From the NCBI GenBank assembly GCA_051362555.1, contig CM120648.1, positions 1,961,721 to 2,025,720 of the forward strand: a stretch of 64,000 nt of DNA, given 5' to 3'. The notes beneath the pieces are model-generated. The model ran no database searches. It was not told where the DNA came from and saw only the letters and a program-made list of their open reading frames with translations. Below, in pieces: positions 52,423-64,000 of this stretch; positions within the stretch are counted from its first letter, which is position 1; each line of letters begins with the position of its first letter. A program made the position numbers and the translations under genes. Source of the stretch: Lingula anatina. Taxonomy: Eukaryota > Animalia > Brachiopoda.

Positions 52423-53922
52423 CTACTTTTCACATATGATTCTCAGTGCATTGCCACACGGTGCATCATTCCATCTATGTGTGATGTGTTGCCACATACT
52501 CAAGCAGTGCTCCCCTCCATTGTTATCAGGTTGTCCTGGACCCCAGTTAGTATACCTCACAGCGCTGTTGGTACCCACCCAGACCCACCTGCCCTCCTGT
52601 GCCATGTCATTACCACCCACCCACCAGTCAAATTTGACTGAAATAAGAGAAAACTTATTGGAGGGGTTGCATCACTTTCATTGATTATACATGTATGCAG
52701 CGCTTGCCAATTTTTTAAGTCACTTCACAAAGTAGTATCTTTCGAAAGTTAGTCAAACTATCAAATTTCAGATTGAATTATTGTTTACAACCGACCCTGA
52801 TACCCTATATACATGGTATACACTGTATATGTTTCTTCGTTATGTTATACATTTCAGTATGTTTAAAGGCGCAGTGCAAACTGCGGTAAAGTGAATGGAT
52901 AACGAGTTGATAAATAAAGAAAATGGTGAAGAAATAAGTGAATAAACGTGCCATAAATGTTACTATTTATTTATGGATATATGGTTCTTGCTGATTCTTG
53001 GGTATCATTTTTATGTTGAAGGTATTTTAAAACCATATTAATTAGTCATTGTCTTTTAGTTGATGGGTAGATTCACGTAGGCATAAATGACAGACATAAA
53101 GCCATGTAAGTGTATCATTTTTATGTTGAGGGTATTTTAAAACAATATTAATTAGTCATTGTATATTATTTGATAGGCAGATTCACGTATACGAATGGCA
53201 GAAAGAGAACCATGTTAGAAAATATACCTACTAGGAAAATGATTTCGAACGTAGGAAACAATTATGTCGTTCTCACACCGTGACGTTATCGTCGCTAAAT
53301 TGGCATATTTGCTTCTGCAATAGGCTTGTGCATCTGACCACGATTTCTTTGTCTGGGAGAAGAGGTAGCATCGGCCATCAAGCATGACAAACGGGGACTG
53401 GCAAACTAAAGAAGTCGAAAACAAATTGACATTTTTTTCTTATAAGACTCCAGCGCTTTACAGGTCAGTTTTTTATTTTACTAACTAACCAATTGCAAAC
53501 AGTGTATAATATTGACATACATAATAAAGAAATAAAAAAATAAATTAAAAGCACTCTCATGGCACTGAAATATATTTTGAGCCATTTAGAAATTCATTTT
53601 TTGTTTATATATGCATTATCTCTGATTTAAATATAAAAAAATGTTGGACGTGAAACTTAAATCGACGAATTTCGTCAAGTGCCATTCAAAATAATATCAA
53701 TATTTGTAACATACTTGTAAGTTGATTCACTTTCCGTTGCACCTCTTCAAAACCCTTTTCCAGTTTGCTGTCCATCTTTTCGAGCTTTATTTTCATTGCC
53801 TCAAGTGTGCTGCGGAGATAAGCACTCTCACTTGAGGTGGTCTTGTCTCCAAAACCACCAAGATGCAACATGAAGAAGACCAAAATTAATCCAAAACAGA
53901 GGACAGACCTTGTCACTGCCAT
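52423..53922 (-). CDS. CTL7: necked C-type lectin with short coiled coil (QPD...WND), 3 exons
   Basis: Exons 53715-53922, 53232-53405 and 52423-52637; phase-consistent. Confidence 0.89.
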
Positions 53923-54780
53923 CAGGGTGTGGTATAAGGCGTATAGGCCTACCTGTGCGGACTGGGTGTATTCACTTCTAAGCTACAGCTGGGAATGCGA
54001 GTGAATAAGACGCACTCCGCTGAATTATTTACAATCATTTCGCGCTAGTTTATGCTTGTTATCTAAAAAGGGTATCTTGTTACTTTTTTCATAAAAATAA
54101 CACAGTCCCATGTTAAATCTTAAGGTGTTTTTTTCTGTCATGCGGTTTACACAAAAAATTGAAAAAAATCATGGTTTTAAATCCTTTTTGAGAAATCCTA
54201 AAACTAATTGATAGAAAAATGAGCAAACGTATTTTTAACTTAAATGTGTGAAATATATATAAGTAGACTGTATAGAAACCGAGAGATGCTGTATGAAATG
54301 AAAAACTATATTGTGACACATTTATTCATGTAGGCCTACATTGATAAAGATAATCTAACACGAACAACACGTAAATCAAGGTGCAAAGTAGATCCCAATA
54401 TAAAGAATTCAACATTGAATTGCACCCATGTAGGTACTGGTACCGTAGGCCTACATGTATATTCACCCCCCCTCCCCCCCTTACTAAAAGAAGCAGTCGT
54501 TTATCGGAGGAACAAAATAATCACTAGCGCACCACCACTGTAGCCTACATGTATGTCCAGCGTTCAATTTATTAATTAAGACCCATGTGATAAAAAATCG
54601 CAGAAGCACCACAACCGTGCGTTGATGAGAGCCGTGTACGTGGATGCATCATCATCCAAATCGATAAAAATTGCATGAGGTGCGTTGTTATTGTTTATCT
54701 TCAGTTTGTTGTTTTCGTAGGCCGCCTACTTGTTTTTTATGTTAATTCCACTGAACATTTGGATTTTAGACTGAAAATAG

Positions 54781-54811
<31 letters not shown>

Positions 54812-54903
54812 TCCTAACACTCAACTACCTCCTGTCTGCTTCAAGTGATTGCTTTCCTAAGGAGATTAAGAGACCATTCCCAGACTCTATCGTACTAACT
54901 GTG

Positions 54904-55093
54904 GATCGATATATCTTGGAGGGGATTCTCGCTAAACTGCAAACAAGTTAAGCGGCTTGGATGTTTGTTACGCCTAGTGAAGCTGCTAGTTGGCAATTAA
55001 TTATCGTTTATCAGCTTCAGTAGGCGTGCCAAACATCTAAGCCGCTTAAGCTAAAAGCACTTAAGCGAGAAACCCCTCGGAGATGGATTGATC
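54904..55093. mobile_element. Fold-back palindromic element (MITE-like), possibly extending ~54820-55220
   Basis: Arm ttaagcggcttggatgtttgttacgcctagtgaagctg pairs with cagcttcagtaggcgtgccaaacatctaagccgcttaa; outer arm gaggggattctcgct pairs with agcgagaaacccctc. Confidence 0.65.
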
Positions 55094-56220
55094 CTGTAAG
55101 ATCGATCTATAGTATATGAGAACCCAGTCTAAGATGGGACCAGTTTTAACCGCCAGGGCAAGTATACTAATCAGAACTGGGTTACTCCCGAGCTCACCTC
55201 TAACAGTGGGGCAGTTCAGAAGGCTGTCTATCACACATTTTTGGGTTATCTAAAATTGTACCTTTTGCGTGAAAGTGTGTATATCAATATTTAAAATCTG
55301 AATGTTTCTTTCACACAAAACGTTGAATTGCTCCTGTCTTGCATAAAAATCCAACCAATCAGAGCCATAAATAAACTGGTATCACATGACCTACTTTCTA
55401 CCTAAACAGGAGGAAATTAATGGAAGTAGTAATAGGGAAGAGATATTTGGGCATGTCAGTAGTTAATAAAGTCAGGGTGAGTACGAAAATAGACGCTGAT
55501 GTTCTTCATCTTCAATCAGTAGTTTATACAGATCCTGCTCCTGAACTATCTCTGTACCTTAGTGCAACAGGGGGTGAAAGGAAAACCTGACACGAAAATG
55601 TACGAGCTAAATCATGATAAGAGCCCTACTGCATAATGTCAACACGTTGACGCTTGGCTATGCACAGAGACTACAGGTATAAATATTATATATCACCGGA
55701 GATAAGGCATTGTTTAGCCGTGGTCCAGACCTAAAGGTCGGCATGCGGAGTGAGGGATCAGATTGGTGACGGAGGTCGTATTTTTAATGTTGTCTCACCC
55801 AAAATCATATGTAACTAACAATTGCAGTGATTATAAATTGTAATATAATTATAATTGGCGAGACATATATGTGAAAGATCAGACAAGAGTAGAAGTATTT
55901 GTTTCTTGGCCAGATTACTGCTGGATTAATACTAGTTTCTTCACTGTTCAGCCCCAGTATGTATTATAGCACAGTGCTTGGCAGAGTGACAAGGATAAAC
56001 AATAAAGGGAAGCTACTGTATAATTGAAAGAAGTGTAGGGTAGTCACGACCCAAAGTTAAGCTTTGACGGGTGAAACATGTAGATGTGGTTGTTCTGATG
56101 AAATCATCATCCTGTTTTGCCTACCAGCTGTACATGTGTGAGCTTATCCTCATAAAACTGAAAAATGAACAGTCTTCCCTGCGACTTTGGTGACTATACA
56201 CACACACACACACACAGATA

Positions 56221-56577
56221 TCCCATTCACACTAGCACTTTTAACTGCGGTCAAAGCCTGACCTCGGTCCTATCGCGGTTAACTTTTCTAATGTGAATGG
56301 ACGATGTAGCCCTGGCCGCGGTCGAAATAACCCAGATCGGGAGGTGGGTATAATCGGAGTAAACTCCTGCCTGCGGTCAAGACCGGATGTCTACATATGA
56401 ACCGCACAAGTATATCGTCATTTGAGCTCCCGTCACGTTTCACAGATTCTAGTAAAGAGCGCATGCTGAGATTCTACCGCTACTGATCGCTGCCGGTGTC
56501 ATTGTGAACGCGGTTTGGTTGACCGCGGTTTAATCGGAGTAAACTCAACCGCGGTTAATGTTCTGATGTGAATGGCC
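56221..56577. mobile_element. MITE with CCATTCACA termini (PIF/Harbinger-like)
   Basis: Left cccattcacactagcacttttaactgcggt, right accgcggttaatgttctgatgtgaatggcc followed by TAA; internal repeats of gcggt and taatcggagtaaactc. Confidence 0.65.
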
Positions 56578-59500
56578 TAAGAGAGAGAGAGGAAGCAGAA
56601 AACCATGTTAACAGCTTAAGTCACTTTGAGCAATATCTTACAGGTCCCGGGAGTGACAACATCTTGCGGAGGTGCATGCAAAACCCCCAAGTACTATGTG
56701 ACCAGGTGACCCCAAATTAAGTTGGTCATTTCATACTTATTTAGCCTACAGCCTTTAATTTTTGACAGTTAAGAAAGGTACTGTATTCTGCTATATGTAG
56801 AAAAACAAAGACTACATCTCAAAAATCACCAAGGGCTCATTCCCATTGACACCATCAGTCTATGTATAATGATCTAACTACATCAGGACTCTCGCTGAGT
56901 GCAGTCAGCAAAACTGAATGACTTGGCATTGAGTAGAATACAGCTAAGCTGGTGATTGTCTGAGTACATTGCAAACAAGAGGAAGTGTTTCATTCAGTTA
57001 AGGTGATTGCACTCAGCGAGAGTCTCCACAGAGTTGAATTGATCAGGTAGACCATTGATGTAAAAGGGAATGAGCTCAAAGTGAAAAAAGTGATATCTAT
57101 TGCCTTGAAATGGCTTCTTTGCTTTAGAAGACTTACTGTTAGTGTTAAAGAACAATTTCCCCAAGTTTCCCCTAGTAAGGTTTCAGTATAGTGCATTCGT
57201 ATCCTGTCAGGATTTTCACACCGACTCTTAATTTCCCTAAGAAAAAAAGTCCTCTTCAGTCTTCTTTCTCTTGCTTTAGCTCCTTTTACAATTACTAGCA
57301 TGTTACATTCTGTTTGGTGCATTAGAATGGATTCTTGGAATGGTTTTCTGCTGGGGTGTAAACTGGTTAAGATTCAGTATGATGATGTCATGTGATCTTA
57401 AACAAGTTGATGTCCAATTGTCATTGTCTGAACACAGCCACAAAGCATGTTCTCAAGAACTTTCCTTCCAAAGTTGATCTTAGTTTTAAGACTAAATGTT
57501 TAGTCTTCTTTGACCTTACTGAATGAGAGTAGTACAGACAGTGTGATGAAATATTTGTTGATTGGTTAATTTTTCCTTGCAAACCTTGCTTTAGTGTCAA
57601 TTACCCTCCTTATTTTTTAAAAAAGCCTGTTGGAATGTCTCTTTTCCAATCTCTTGTCATTCTTTAGGTTTCTTTGGGAGTGTCTATGTTTTTTTCTTCA
57701 TCTCTCTTAGTATCACATTTATCAGATGTTTCCAATGTCTCCATTTTGGCGCCTAAAACAAACATCTGAATCTTAGTCCTAGTAGTATATATCATACATG
57801 AGTCACTTTGGAAACTTATTAATAATCAAAAATTGTATGTTTTGCAGGATATACCTAGATATGGAAGATGGCTTATTTAGAGGAGATCATTTAACGTCTC
57901 TTTTGTACAGTTATAGAATTGGAAAATAGCTCATTGGAGTTTCATTTGCTCAACAGTTTTAGATAGGATATATCTTGGCCAATATGGAATATTAATGAAG
58001 TTTTTAGGAAATTTCTTTTTTTGTTTAATTTGCTATATGAATGTGCGATCTGCCTTTAATATTCACAATTTTTCCCATTAATAGATTGAGTAATAAGGAT
58101 ATGTTATCTTGGCGTGATACATTTACTTGTGCTTTATTACTATTACAGTATTATTTTTTCTCACAGTCAGTAAATGTCTTCTGCATCATGTTCCACACGT
58201 ATATGATCCTTATTAAAATCAGCTGCCATAATGCCTGTTATGCATGACTTCTACTGATATCTTATAATAGAAACCACAAGTATACATCATGGTATAAGGA
58301 TATACTTTTCAATTTACACTAAATTGATGCTGTACCTTACATAGCTTTCAGTCACTCCCTCAGCGTGTTTTACTATGATACTAAGCACTATTTACGTGTC
58401 TTAGTAATAGTGTTGTACTATGTGTGTAACAATTGCCCCCTCTCCCTCTCCCCCCCCAGCCCCCTTCTCCCCATCTTGGTTCAGACTTGAGTTTTGTGCA
58501 GAAGGATGATCAACAGACTGAATTTCCATCAGAATTCAATTCAAGTAAACATGTCTGTATTACCAGTGTACTAAGTGTAGATATCTTCAAGTGAACTTTA
58601 TCACCACCAGAGGGCTTCATTTTCTTCTGTAATATTAAAAAAATAAAAAATGAGCTTGGTTTAAGAGTGTGGCAGATTGTCAACTTGATAAAGGCATCTC
58701 TGCCTCCTTTAAGTTGTTAGATACACAATGAGGTCGCCCACGTGAGTTGTTCCCACTGAATACATTGACCTATATAACTGTAATATTATTCAACATTATG
58801 ATCATTGGAAATCCGTGAAGCACATCGTGTGGACCAGCCCAGACCCCTGCCAGTGTGAGAAACTGCCTTGTTCTACAGACATGAACTTTTTCTGCGGAAA
58901 CGTGGAATTCCTTTTTTTCTAATTCAATTCTGATGGTTCCTAAGATTTGTCTTGTTAGAAATTCAATAAATGTTCCGAGTTTTTTTTAAACTTAGGCTTA
59001 TGTCTGGTTCTATTTGCTGAGAGAAAAAGAGTTGACTCTGGCTGATTTTAGGAAAACATTTTTTCATGTTTTGTCAAGTCGTTATTTTTGTGGAGGTGGA
59101 AATCACTTGTTTGGCTGAAACAAAGAAAAAAAATGTCTAAAGTGTAGCATTCCATGCAGTGAAACTGCCACATTACTAAAGTGCTAAGTACTACTACTTC
59201 TTTTCTACTACTACTTCTACTGCTCAGACTGCTGCTATAGATCTATAATATATACAGGTAGACATGAGCACAATGAGGTCATTGTCTGCTTGTTTGGGGT
59301 CATTGCTCTAGGGGGTGGGGTATTCAATCCTAGCTGACCTGGAGCCACAGGTACTGCTCAGTGCCAACCTTCGTTTTATTCTGATTTTCTCTTTGTTTAT
59401 CCTCAGCAATCATTTAGTATCATTTAGTAGAAAGAAATCCCTGATTTAGTTTGCTGTTTCACATTGGTTATGATATCTCATCTTCCTGAAGGAAAAGTTG

Positions 59501-60777
59501 GCTGGTCTGATATGTATATTTTCAAATTCAGTGTGTTTGAGACTGGTGTTAGCCTCTTAAATTAATACATAAAATGGAATGCTGTTTAAATACCTTCTTC
59601 CTAAGATAATTAACATGTTCAGATGTTATTAATGATTATGTTCGTTATGATTTGAATAAAAATTTCAATACATTCTCTCATTAAATTGGAGCAAAGTAAA
59701 TTTCGTGTTTTGTCTCCTTAAATGATACCTGTTTTCAGTATCTGAAAAAGAGTTAAATATTTTGTGAAGGGAGGCTTGTTATTGAGAATGATTTCTTTTT
59801 CAAGTTCACAACTTGTCTACCAAACATTTGATATAGTAATAAAAGAACTGTTTCAACATTGTTTACACTAAATGTGTGACATAAGCTTCTAAACATGAGT
59901 AAAATAACAAAGTGATAATGATATATATTCTGATCCAGTGGTTGAGAAGTATCATAAAGTGAGACTAGATAATCCTTTTTATCTCTGTCACATTGCACTC
60001 ATTCATGTACTAACAGTGCTTTTTCCACAACTCAACAGGTTAACTTTTACCTTGACACTCACACACTTCATGGGATGAATGCTAAACATTTTCTTGACGT
60101 GGATGGATATCCTTAAAAAAGAAAAAAAATACTGTAGACTATAGTAACTGTTTCAGCAGACCAGTGTCTGATTTGTGATGTGAGAGATGTTATGGGCTAT
60201 CATGGAAGATTCCTATTACGACGTAATCACTGTAGACTTGTGCTAAGTTACAAATGTACTAGTAGGTCACTATAACTTGTGTGCAAACATGGCTGATAAA
60301 TAACTAGTGATCAGAAGTAAAAATTCAGGAAGTCACCATTACGCAATGTTAACAAAACCAAAATAGACATGTTATAAACTAACATGACTTTAAAATTTTG
60401 CTAATTTTAATGACACCAGTTTAAAAACATCTGCATTAAACTTAGTCAGAAAAATATTTATAAGGGAGACCATGCATGTAATTATTCATAATGTTGAATA
60501 ATTGGAATAATTTTAGTGGGTTGGTATCAGGCCATGAAGAATTAGAATACAAGATGCAAAATTATAATCAGTGAATGTTAAAGATGTGTCCCCCCCCCCA
60601 TCCCTTTAAAAAGCCATTTCCACCTTTAAAGGAATTCAAAGGTCATGGAACATTAGTTCTATCAGCTTGTGATAAACCAATAATTACAATAATGTATCTT
60701 TTCAGGCCTCACTTAACTAGAGAGCTTATCAAGAACATGTTGAAGACACCAGTTGTGCATCTTGGGTCGTTATAAAA

Positions 60778-62682
60778 ATGTCAGAGAAAGATGACAAAAG
60801 TAACTCCACCTTGCCTGCACCTGGACACTGGCGACAGTCCAGCTACAAACAGGCCACAGACAGAGACTTCGAGGAAGGCATGGACTTTGACCGAGGTCAA
60901 ACAAGGCCAAGGTCAAAGTTAACCGAGAGTGGGGATTTTGAAGGAGTTCTTGAACGAGCTCTAGAGACTGGTATTAATCGGACAAATTCAGGTCAAAATT
61001 TTGAGGATTCTGCAGAAAGTTGTGGTGATAACAGCACTTTGGCTGCGACAGGATCTTACAACCTTGATGACATCGATGAAGGGCTTGTTGGAGAGGGAAC
61101 AACAGCAGGAGATGATGATTTGGAAGGAACTTTAGAAAACAGTCCAGCTTTTCCTGCCTCTGCTGTAGAAGACTATGAAATGGCCCATCCTGTTAATTTA
61201 TCGGTTGTAATGGAACAAGATTCAGCCAGTCTTTCATCTCAAGAACAAAACTTAGCAGAAGGAAAAGGAACTGATTTCAATTCAAAGAAGGAAAGCCATG
61301 TGCATTTTGAAAGTGCAATAGAAGAATCTGGAGCATATGATGACACGGTGTCTGTGCCACCACCAGGTGTCTCTAAGGTCCAAGAAATGACAAAAATTTT
61401 CAGTGAAACTCCCAACATTCCTATGCCTCAGACACCTGTTATATATTCTACAGGGTAAGTGGAAATAAAGTTTTTACTGAAGCATAACATTTTCTGCATT
61501 TTGACAATTTTCTTAGTTGACTTTGTAAAAATAATGGTAAATCTGTTATCGCGTATTGTGTAGTGAAGTGTCAAAAATGGAAATTAATTCATATCTTTAC
61601 AGTTTTTCAGATTCAGTCATTCACTATGTTCAGAATCTCAGAATGGAGCAAATTGGACACTTAAAATTGTTCTTTTGATATTTTTCCCAAATCAACAATT
61701 TTGTTATTTGATCATATAAAAAATTATAGCAAATTGCTTATTTGATATGATGTAAAAAAAGTTTTGAAAATGGACATTTTTTATGCTTTATGACTGTACA
61801 TTTGCTGGCTTTGCTGCCTTGTTTATTGATATTATATACTTGCTAGCATGAATGTTTTTTGCCTTTAAGTCTGCTTTCATCAGAAAACAAAATTACCGCA
61901 GAAGAAAAAGAAGTGCCAGGGGCAATATATATGGAGCAGGTGATAGAAGAGACCTCCAGTGGAACAACAGCTGTTACAACAGCTGTTTCACCCCCACCAC
62001 TTCTACCGAGGGATGAGATCACTCCTGTGGCCAAGAAACTAACAAATGGTCAATATAACCATTATGTGAACGATGCAATTTATGATGACATTCCAGAAGA
62101 AGTGTCACCTGCCCAGGAAAGGTCAAAGGTCAAGGAAGAAGTAAGTTACTGGTCAAAATGGTAATAAAAACAAGACTGACATTAAAACAAAAGAAGGAAA
62201 GGTTATTTCTTATTTTATTACTTCATAGGATCCAATGCAGTCATTAGACTTAAAAAAAATTGAATGCTTGTAACAACTTAAAGAAATCCCCAAATATGAA
62301 TTACATTTTCCTTAGAGCTTTTTATGGTGGGTGCAGGGGAGGGGGGTTAGAATAACACATATTTTGGTTTGTATTGTTAGTGCAAACTATCGAAGCTTTT
62401 TAAAAACAACATTTGGCTTCAAACAAAGTCACATTATTTTCATTATATTTGTTACTAAGCTGTATGAAGATGTCCCTGAAGAACAAAATGGAGATGCAAC
62501 AAGCCCACAAAGCCAAAAGACAGAACAAACCAATCAGGACTCAGATAACAAAGCATCAGCCAATCATGACCAAGATAACAAAGTGGATGTTCAGTCAAAG
62601 ATGCCATATGACGATGTTCCGGTGGAAAGCTTAGCAGTTTCTGATCAAACTGTTGTGAACAGTAGACCGCAGAAGCCAGATG
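60778..62682 (+). CDS. 5' part of an unidentified gene; acidic low-complexity N-terminus with repeated Y-[DE]-D-[VI]-P motifs (continues past the window)
   Basis: Coding exons 60778-61454, 61870-62140 and 62460-62682 join in frame (phases 2,0,1) with canonical splice sites. An acceptor at 60704-60705 implies an upstream 5' UTR exon. Confidence 0.8.
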
Positions 62683-62778
62683 GTGAGAAAAGTAGATGAT
62701 TGTTGTCTTTGAATAGTTTTCGTTTTTAGAGAAAACTTTTCATGTGATTGTGCATTTGGTGCAATAAGAGATTGACTG

Positions 62779-62820
<42 letters not shown>

Positions 62821-63311
62821 GGACAAACAAACTAAACTTGGTTGCTTTCAAGTATTCCAAAAATGTTTTTTTTTGGATTTATTTTGGGGTATAAAGGGGC
62901 TTATTTATATTTGATTTGCCTTGGTGTTGTTACCCCCTTGGCCTGGTGCTGTTCCCCGTCCTGCATGTGTATGCAAGTGCTGCAACTGTGCACGTTTATG
63001 TTTCGTAGTATTTTAATGTTAATATCCTAGATTACTGCTGTGATTGTTGGGATTTGCTTGATCATAATAATACCTAATATGGTGATGTGGCACTTTGCCT
63101 TTGAGCCCTGCTGAGAAGAAGGAGTTTTATTTATTATTTTATTTAATTTCAAAATATCAGTCTGCCATCTATATATATATATATCCTAACCCAATTTGGC
63201 CTTGCAGCACTGGATGTCATTTCTTCCTACGACGTGTTGTGGCGTGCAGCTAAGAAGAAAAATAAAAAACCTGCACTGGGTCATTATGGCTATTTGATTA
63301 GTCCAGCCCCA

Positions 63312-63615
63312 GGGGGAGAAGGTATTATACCTCTCTGGGTGCTTTGTTTTCCCATCTTTTTCTCCCATTTTTTCTCCCATTTCACATAGTGGGAGAAGGT
63401 ATTATACCTCTCTGGGTGCTTTGTTTTCCCATCTTTTTCTCCCATGTTTTCTCCCATTTCACATAGTGGGAAAAGGTATACCTCTCCGTTTTTGGGTCTT
63501 GTTTCCCATCTTTCCTCCCATTTTTCCCACAAAAACTATTAACAGAGAGGGAAAATTATACCCCTCCAGGGGTCTTGTTTTCCCATCTTTTCTCCAATTT
63601 TTACCCCCAAAACTT
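63312..63615. repeat. ~78-bp unit minisatellite (2 near-identical + ~2 degenerate copies), intronic
   Basis: gggagaaggtattatacctctctgggtgctttgttttcccatctttttctcccat at ~63313 and ~63391, with degraded copies following. Confidence 0.85.
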
Positions 63616-64000
63616 TAAAACAGCCCAGGTTTCTTTTTCCCACAGAATTAGCATGCTGGTTTGTAACTGCTTATTTATTAGTTTCTGATATCTTAGAGTT
63701 GGGATATAAAGAGGTTTAGACCCATCTTTGTGTGTCTTTGTTATGTTTTGTGCTCTTATAACATGGCTTGGCTTATAACATTGGTGTAGTTTATATTTTA
63801 TTTAAGAACATACATTCTTTTCACTATTTTATGGTTTCTGTGTCTATGAATAATCTATAAAAAACTGAAACTTACTTGAAGATTAAACCATAAAACCATA
63901 AAATGGATTATTGAACTGAATTGCTCTATAGTAGATTGTATTTAAAGCAGAGTCAGAATATAATAACTGTTTTAAATTTTAAAGAACATCACAATAAAAC

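Larger units (their letters stand above)
38400..53400. repeat. Tandem segmental duplication, unit ~6.6 kb (~38400-44950 versus ~44950-53400, the latter with extra insertions)
   Basis: Paired landmarks: ATG 38973/45558 (6585 bp), stop 41201/47819 (6618 bp), and stop 44084/52423 (~6580 bp after removing the Tc1 and the 48708-49080 insert). Introns and spacers align over long stretches. Confidence 0.9.

Noticed and set aside
63186-63618. Repetitive ORFs and a CRISPR-like look
   Set aside because: Head-to-tail minisatellite with no unique spacers, in a eukaryotic intron with no cas genes.

Overview
Intron-rich, AT-rich eukaryotic genomic DNA, most likely from a lophotrochozoan such as a mollusc (inferred from the perlucin-like lectins). 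From left to right: (1) first coding exon of FoxJ2/3 (- strand, runs off the window); (2) a complete 11-exon SLC17 anion transporter (+); (3) a complete EXOSC10/Rrp6 gene (-); (4) an unnamed 5-exon, ~285-aa gene (-); (5) a ~24-kb tandem array of seven secreted C-type lectin genes (-), here CTL1-7, containing two decayed Tc1 (DD34E) transposons; (6) the 5' part of an acidic, tyrosine-motif-rich gene (+). The lectin array is the most interesting part. Coiled-coil 'neck' genes alternate with neckless genes whose neck sequence has been turned into intron by an upstream splice donor. One gene is a recombinant chimera at a ~6.6-kb duplication junction, and the sugar-binding motif differs from copy to copy (EPN/QPD/QPD/EPN/QPS/EPS/QPD). 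Several ~100-190 bp local duplications straddle splice sites. All exon models were built by hand from GT/AG signals and phase continuity; no database search was run.
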